A stretch of 64,000 nucleotides of DNA, taken from NCBI GenBank assembly GCA_963662405.2, contig CAXXKT010000001.1, forward strand, positions 320,001 through 384,000. Direction: 5' to 3'. Position numbers and translations under genes: made by a program. Numbering within the stretch: position 1 is the first letter of the stretch; every line of letters begins with the position of its first letter. The notes under the pieces were generated by a model, which was given only the letters and a program-made list of their open reading frames with translations, did not search any database and had not been told where the DNA came from. This document shows positions 58,887 through 64,000 of the stretch, in pieces. This stretch comes from Syntrophales bacterium (lineage in GTDB: Bacteria > Desulfobacterota > Syntrophia > Syntrophales > UBA2210).

Positions 58887-60980
58887 TTATACCCGGAACA
58901 GCTTTCTGGTATGGAACTCTTCCTGTTTTCCCTTGTTCCACTGTTTCACCGGGCGCAGGTACCCGACCACGCGCGAAAACACCTCGCAGGATTCACCACA
59001 GTCCGGGCATGTGTACTGTTCTCCCTTCAGATACCCGTGGCTCGGGCAAACACTGAAAGTGGGGGTGAAGGTAAAATAGGGAAGGTGGTACTTGTCGCAG
59101 ATCCTCCGGACCAGGAGTTTGACGGCGGCGGGGTCTTCGATCCGCTCTCCTGCATAGATGTGAAGGACCGTCCCCCCCGTATACCGAGTCTGAATTTCGT
59201 CCTGGAGGTCCAGGGCCTCGAAGATGTCATCGGTAAAGTTGACGGGAAGCTGTGTTGAATTGGTATAGAACACCTCAACCCCGTCCGCCCGCGTTCCGTT
59301 CCCGGTTGCGCAGATGATGTCGGGGTATTTCTCTTTGTCCTTCTTGGCGAGACTGTACGAGGCCCCCTCGGCCGGAGTCGCTTCAAGATTGTAGTTATTT
59401 CCCGTTTCCTCCTGGAATTCAACCAGCCGGTTTCGCATGAAATCGAGAATCTTCTTGGTAAACCCCTGTCCCTCCGGATGGGCGATATCCTTACCCATGA
59501 GGTTGAGGCACGCCTCGTTCATCCCCACAAGTCCGATGGTGGAAAAATGGTTCTTCCAGTATTCGCCGAAACGCTGCTTGACATCCCTCAGATAGTATTT
59601 GGTGTACGGATACAGATCCTTATCGGTAAAGCTCTCGAGGACCTTTCGCTTGGTCTCAAGACTTTCCCGGGCTATGACCATAAGATGGTCCACCCGTTCG
59701 ATAAATTCGTCTTCCGTCTTCGAAAGAAACCCGATGCGCGGCATATTGATGGTAATGACACCGATGGACCCCGTCAGGGGGTTCGAGCCGAAGAGGCCAC
59801 CTCCCCTCTTCTCGAGTTCCCGGTTATCGATCCGTAGCCTGCAGCACATGCTCCGGGAATCTTCAGGGTTCATGTCGGAGTTGACAAAATTCGAGAAATA
59901 AGGGACGCCGTACTTCGCCGTCATCTCCCACAGGCCATCGATATTGAGCTGATTATCCCAGTCGAAATCCTTCGTTATGTTGTACGTGGGAATCGGAAAG
60001 GTGAAAACACGCCCCTTGGCATCCCCTTCGGCCATCACCTGGAGAAAGGCTTTGTTAAAGATAGCCATTTCTTCCTGGAAGTCCTTGTATGTTTCTTCCT
60101 GCGGTTCTCCGCCGATGATAACCCCTTGGTCGGCATAGTATCGCGGCACCGTTACATCCAGGGTGACATTGGTAAAGGGAGTCTGGAACCCAACCCGTGT
60201 CGGGACGTTGATGTTGAAGATGAATTCCTGGAGGGCCTGCTTAACCTCTTTAAAGCCGAGGCCATCGTATCGTATAAAGGGGGCAAGGAGCGTATCGAAA
60301 TTCGAAAAGGCTTGGGCGCCCGCAGCCTCCCCCTGGAGGGTATAAAAGAAATTGACGATCTGCCCGAGGGCACTTCGCAGGTGTTTCGCGGGCTTACTCT
60401 CAACCTTTCCGGACGCACCCTTGAATCCCTGCGTGAGGAGGTCATACAGGTCCCACCCCACACAGTAAACCGAAAGGATGTTCAGGTCGTGGATATGGAA
60501 GTCACCATCCATCTGGGCTTTTTTGATCTCGTCGGTATATATCTTGTTCAGCCAGTATACCTTGCTCACCTCGGAGGAAAGATAGTTGTTGAGCCCCTGG
60601 AGAGAATAATCCATATTGCTATTTTCATTAACTTTCCAGTCGAGCTTCTTGAGATACTGGTCCACGAGATCGACCTCCATCTTATTGGCGATCTCTCGCA
60701 GTCTTGCATGCTGATCCCGATATATAATGTACGCCTTGGCCGTTTTGCGATACGCGGAATCAAGGAGCACCTCTTCGACGACATCCTGAATCTCCTCAAC
60801 GGACATGATCTTGCTGTCGAAGAGTTTTTCCACCAGGGTGAGTACCTTGATCGTCAGCCTCTTGGCCACATCCTCTTTGAAATCGCCGGTTGCCATTCCA
60901 GCCTTTGCGATCGCGGCCGTGATCTTTGTCGCGTCAAAACGGTCCAGGCGTCCGTCTCTCTTTCGGATTTTATTGTGCAC
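58887..60980 (-). CDS. nrdD: Class III anaerobic ribonucleotide reductase with ATP cone
   Basis: KRDG ATP cone; HIHD; YCVGW; SMCCRL; EATPAEG; RVVGYL glycyl radical loop. Confidence 0.97.
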   Translation of the reverse strand: MHNKIRKRDGRLDRFDATKITAAIAKAGMATGDFKEDVAKRLTIKVLTLVEKLFDSKIMSVEEIQDVVEEVLLDSAYRKTAKAYIIYRDQHARLREIANKMEVDLVDQYLKKLDWKVNENSNMDYSLQGLNNYLSSEVSKVYWLNKIYTDEIKKAQMDGDFHIHDLNILSVYCVGWDLYDLLTQGFKGASGKVESKPAKHLRSALGQIVNFFYTLQGEAAGAQAFSNFDTLLAPFIRYDGLGFKEVKQALQEFIFNINVPTRVGFQTPFTNVTLDVTVPRYYADQGVIIGGEPQEETYKDFQEEMAIFNKAFLQVMAEGDAKGRVFTFPIPTYNITKDFDWDNQLNIDGLWEMTAKYGVPYFSNFVNSDMNPEDSRSMCCRLRIDNRELEKRGGGLFGSNPLTGSIGVITINMPRIGFLSKTEDEFIERVDHLMVIARESLETKRKVLESFTDKDLYPYTKYYLRDVKQRFGEYWKNHFSTIGLVGMNEACLNLMGKDIAHPEGQGFTKKILDFMRNRLVEFQEETGNNYNLEATPAEGASYSLAKKDKEKYPDIICATGNGTRADGVEVFYTNSTQLPVNFTDDIFEALDLQDEIQTRYTGGTVLHIYAGERIEDPAAVKLLVRRICDKYHLPYFTFTPTFSVCPSHGYLKGEQYTCPDCGESCEVFSRVVGYLRPVKQWNKGKQEEFHTRKLFRV

Positions 60981-61005
60981 GGATTACTCCCCCTCTGTGA
61001 TATGG

Positions 61006-61054
61006 ACACAACATATTGTGGTCGAATAGTAGTACTAATACTACATGTCGTCAA
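61006..61054 (-). promoter_or_regulatory. nrdD promoter with two NrdR boxes
   Basis: ACACAACATATTGTGG (61006) and ATACTACATGTCGTCA (61038), 32 bp apart; TTGACG-N17-TACTAT on the minus strand. Confidence 0.8.
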
Positions 61055-61255
61055 GAATAAATTTTTCGTAACGCGAGGCATTAGTGAAAAATGTTTTGAA
61101 AATAGAATACTTTTTCGCGCCAAAAAAATGGATGGTTCGGATGCGACTCCAAAGGCTGATGGTTCGCGGGTGGTCAACAGATCTAAAAAACTTGACTCAT
61201 TCCTATGGGTCGTACTAAGAGGTTTCTTACCACAATTGATCGAAGGAGAGAAGAG

Positions 61256-62566
61256 TTGATTCCACGGTATTCAAGAAACGTAATGACATATATCTGGAGC
61301 CCTGAAAACCGGTTCCAGAAATGGTTGGATATCGAGATCCTCGCCTGTGAGGCCCTCGCCGCCCAAGGAAAGATCCCGCCCGAATCGCTTCGCACCATCA
61401 AGGAGCGAGCCGGTTTCGATGTCCAGAGGATCGATGAGATCGAAGAGACGGTCAAGCATGACGTAATCGCCTTTCTCACCTCGGTTTCGGAAAAGGTGGG
61501 GGAAGAAGCGCGGTACATTCATATGGGGCTCACTTCTTCCGACATCCTGGACACTTCTCTTGCCGTTCTCCTGAAGGAGGCATCGGAACTCCTGATCGCG
61601 GATATAGATGATCTTCTGGTCGTGCTGAAAGAAAAGGCATGTGAATATAAGAACACCATCATGATCGGGAGGTCGCACGGAGTGCATGCGGAACCGATCA
61701 CCTTCGGTCTCAAGATGGCCCTTTGGTATCAGGAGATGGAACGGAACCGGGCCCGGCTGGTCAGTGCCCGGGAAACAATCAGCTATGGAAAGATAGCCGG
61801 GGCCGTCGGAACTTTCTCATTTATCGACCCCGCAGTCGAGGTATATGTGTGCGAACAGTTGGGACTGAAGCCCGCCCCCATATCGACGCAGATCGTCCAG
61901 CGCGATAGACATGCCGAATACTTCACCGCCCTTGCCATAACGGCCGCCTCCATTGAACAATTTTCAACGGAGATACGACACCTCCAACGAACAGAAGTCA
62001 GAGAGGCGGAGGAATTCTTCTCCCCCGGCCAGAAGGGGTCGTCGGCAATGCCTCACAAGCGAAACCCCGTTCTTTCGGAGAATCTCACCGGCCTCGCACG
62101 GCTGATGCGCTCTTATGCACTGGCGTCGATGGAGGATGTGGCACTCTGGCATGAACGGGATATCAGTCACTCTTCCGTCGAACGGGTTATTGGGCCCGAC
62201 GCGACCATACTCCTCGATTTCATGCTCAGTAGGTTTACCGGTGTTGTGAAAAATCTTCTGGTCTATCCGGAACGGATGCTGGAAAACCTCAACATGACCA
62301 GGGGACTGGTCTTTTCACAGATGATGTTGCTCAAGTGCGTTGAAAAGGGGATGTCGCGGGAGGATTCCTACGCGATCGTTCAGAGAAACGCGATGCGGTC
62401 GTGGCGTGACGGGCGGGACTTTAAAGAACTCCTTTTGGAAGACAAGCAGGTGATGGCAGTTGTAAGCAAAGAGGATCTCGACACGGTGTTCAGGCTGGAG
62501 AATTTTCTCCGCCACGTGGATTTTATCTTCGACAGGATCTTTGGAGGAGACAATGAAGGCGCCTAA
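61256..62566 (+). CDS. purB: Adenylosuccinate lyase (TTG start)
   Basis: IPRYS, KHDVIAF, HMGLTSSD, GRSHG, GSSAMPHKRNP. Confidence 0.98.
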   Translation: MIPRYSRNVMTYIWSPENRFQKWLDIEILACEALAAQGKIPPESLRTIKERAGFDVQRIDEIEETVKHDVIAFLTSVSEKVGEEARYIHMGLTSSDILDTSLAVLLKEASELLIADIDDLLVVLKEKACEYKNTIMIGRSHGVHAEPITFGLKMALWYQEMERNRARLVSARETISYGKIAGAVGTFSFIDPAVEVYVCEQLGLKPAPISTQIVQRDRHAEYFTALAITAASIEQFSTEIRHLQRTEVREAEEFFSPGQKGSSAMPHKRNPVLSENLTGLARLMRSYALASMEDVALWHERDISHSSVERVIGPDATILLDFMLSRFTGVVKNLLVYPERMLENLNMTRGLVFSQMMLLKCVEKGMSREDSYAIVQRNAMRSWRDGRDFKELLLEDKQVMAVVSKEDLDTVFRLENFLRHVDFIFDRIFGGDNEGA

Positions 62567-63182
62567 ATGGCTCGTTTTCTTTGTATTGCTTATAATGATG
62601 TCCGGGTGCAGCTACGTGGAGGAGTACCGGGACATCATCCGGAGTGACACCATCTCGAAGGAGTATTTCAATGTCCTGAATCGTCATACCCGGGGAAAAA
62701 CACTCTATGCCGAATTTGAGACCCGTGTCCGTATCGTGGCAACGTGGAAAACCCGCGCCTTCTCAGATGCGTATCTATCCGAATATGCAAGGCTTTATCT
62801 TCTCCCCGACAGGGACAAGAAGGAACGGCAAGCTGTTCTTTCCGAGGCATCTTCTGATTTCAACGAATTTCTGTTTTACGCATACACCCCCGACAGGGAA
62901 TCGAACGATTTTTCAAAGGCCGATTCCATCTGGAAAGTATTCTTCATAGGCGAAGGAGGCAAGAGATTGGATCCCTTGGAGATTCGAGAAATCAAGGCAA
63001 CTCCCCTCCTCACAAAGTTGTTCCCCTATGTCAAACCGTACGGGAAGTGTTACAGCGTAAAATTTCCTATGATATCGAAGTCGGATCGATCTAATATGGA
63101 AGATTATTCCAAACCGATTCTCATGTTTACCGGCATACTCGGGAAGGTGGAACTGAATTGGCACGGTGGTAAAAACCGGTAA
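62553..63182 (+). CDS. Hypothetical lipoprotein
   Basis: Signal with lipobox MSGC; GGAGGAG SD. Confidence 0.7.
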   Translation: MKAPKWLVFFVLLIMMSGCSYVEEYRDIIRSDTISKEYFNVLNRHTRGKTLYAEFETRVRIVATWKTRAFSDAYLSEYARLYLLPDRDKKERQAVLSEASSDFNEFLFYAYTPDRESNDFSKADSIWKVFFIGEGGKRLDPLEIREIKATPLLTKLFPYVKPYGKCYSVKFPMISKSDRSNMEDYSKPILMFTGILGKVELNWHGGKNR

Positions 63183-63535
63183 GACCCTTCCATTGGTTCC
63201 GGCTTCGTCAGCCTCTTCTTCTCCGGCCCTTGTTCATACGCACGCACATGGAGACGGGACCCCGATGAAGGGATGTTCTTGATGGAAGCAAAGGCCTTGC
63301 CATAGATGAATCCGTTCCTCCCAACGAGGTGAGTCGTCACCACTTCCACAGAGGGAATTCGCCCTCTTTCCCCTTGACGGGCACATTGATTTGTTGCAGA
63401 CTGAAGGTGCATAATTCAAGAGAATGGCGTTGTTCTCATCAAAACAGTTTTTTTCGCAAGGGTGACAGGAGTGATCGTTTGTGTGTGTCCGGGCGGACGG
63501 CAAGACTCCGGCTCCCCCGTGGTCTTTGTGTCTCT

Positions 63536-64000
63536 ATGAAACAGTTCCTCAGGACAAAAATATTCCTTAAATCTCACCGGAGCGAGATCCGTTTTGTCCT
63601 CCTCTTCATTATCTTCTTCATCGCTCTACAGATCGCTCATTACTCCATCCGGACCTTCACGTCTCCTCTCTTTGTTCATACACTCAACGCCGGGGTCAGT
63701 TCCCGGATCATCAATCTCATCACCCCCGGGGAAAACAGCTTTTCCCGGGACGACATGGTCGGTTCCGGCTCCTTTACCATCAGGATAGCACAGGGGTGCG
63801 AAGGGACGGAAGGGATCCTGCTGATCGTGGCGGCGCTCTGCGCCTTCAGCATCAGGATGCGGGAGAAAATAGCGGGCATCCTGGTGGGATCGGTGGTCCT
63901 GTATATGGCAAACCTTGTCAGGATCGTCGTCCTCTACTACACGTTGAAATACCGACCCGACCTGTTCGATCTGGCACATGTCTACATCGGACAGACCTTC
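63536..64000 (+). CDS. Exosortase/archaeosortase-family protein (XrtH/XrtM-like), 3'-truncated; absent from the ORF track
   Basis: Manual translation MKQFLRTK...IAQGCEGTEG...ANLVRIV...DLAHVY gives the Cys-Arg-His triad and TM helices. Confidence 0.88.
   Translation, partial: MKQFLRTKIFLKSHRSEIRFVLLFIIFFIALQIAHYSIRTFTSPLFVHTLNAGVSSRIINLITPGENSFSRDDMVGSGSFTIRIAQGCEGTEGILLIVAALCAFSIRMREKIAGILVGSVVLYMANLVRIVVLYYTLKYRPDLFDLAHVYIGQTF

Noticed and set aside
60126..61259. 377-aa plus-strand ORF, and similar long antisense ORFs such as 14989-15963, 16488-17426 and 25858-26676
   Set aside because: Shadow ORFs opposite well-conserved genes with no recognisable motifs

Overview
A bacterial chromosomal segment whose gene content suggests an anaerobic deltaproteobacterium (Desulfobacterota, Syntrophales-like; inferred). 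Bases ~1-9435 are the right part of a P4-integrase element at the 3' end of tmRNA (ssrA). It carries integrase, AlpA, Xis-like HTH, a phage-type initiator with internal iteron-like repeats, a T7 gp4/Twinkle-like primase-helicase and probably a large secreted cargo protein; its second att site is not in the window. The rest is mostly core genome: smpB, ttcA, tRNA-Val-thrS-infC-rpmI-rplT-pheST-ihfA, atp F0 genes, comEA, paaK, trxA, bamD, rlmN, mutS, folE2, kdsD, nrdDG, purB and an exosortase at the right edge. The strongest candidate new system is at 21.8-29.8 kb. There the ATP synthase c-subunit gene atpE is separated from atpZ-atpI-atpB by a divergent Cache/PAS histidine kinase and a sigma54 enhancer-binding response regulator. 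atpE has its own near-consensus sigma54 promoter with a candidate enhancer, and is followed closely by a Cache sensor protein lacking any output domain. Other leads are a split APH-kinase/PHP/P-loop trio, a GAF-PilB ATPase divergent from a multi-GAF adenylate cyclase, an attenuator-like leader before a PxxKW gene, and a PTPS-III-type 'queD' beside folE2. All calls come from reading motifs by eye; no database searches were run.
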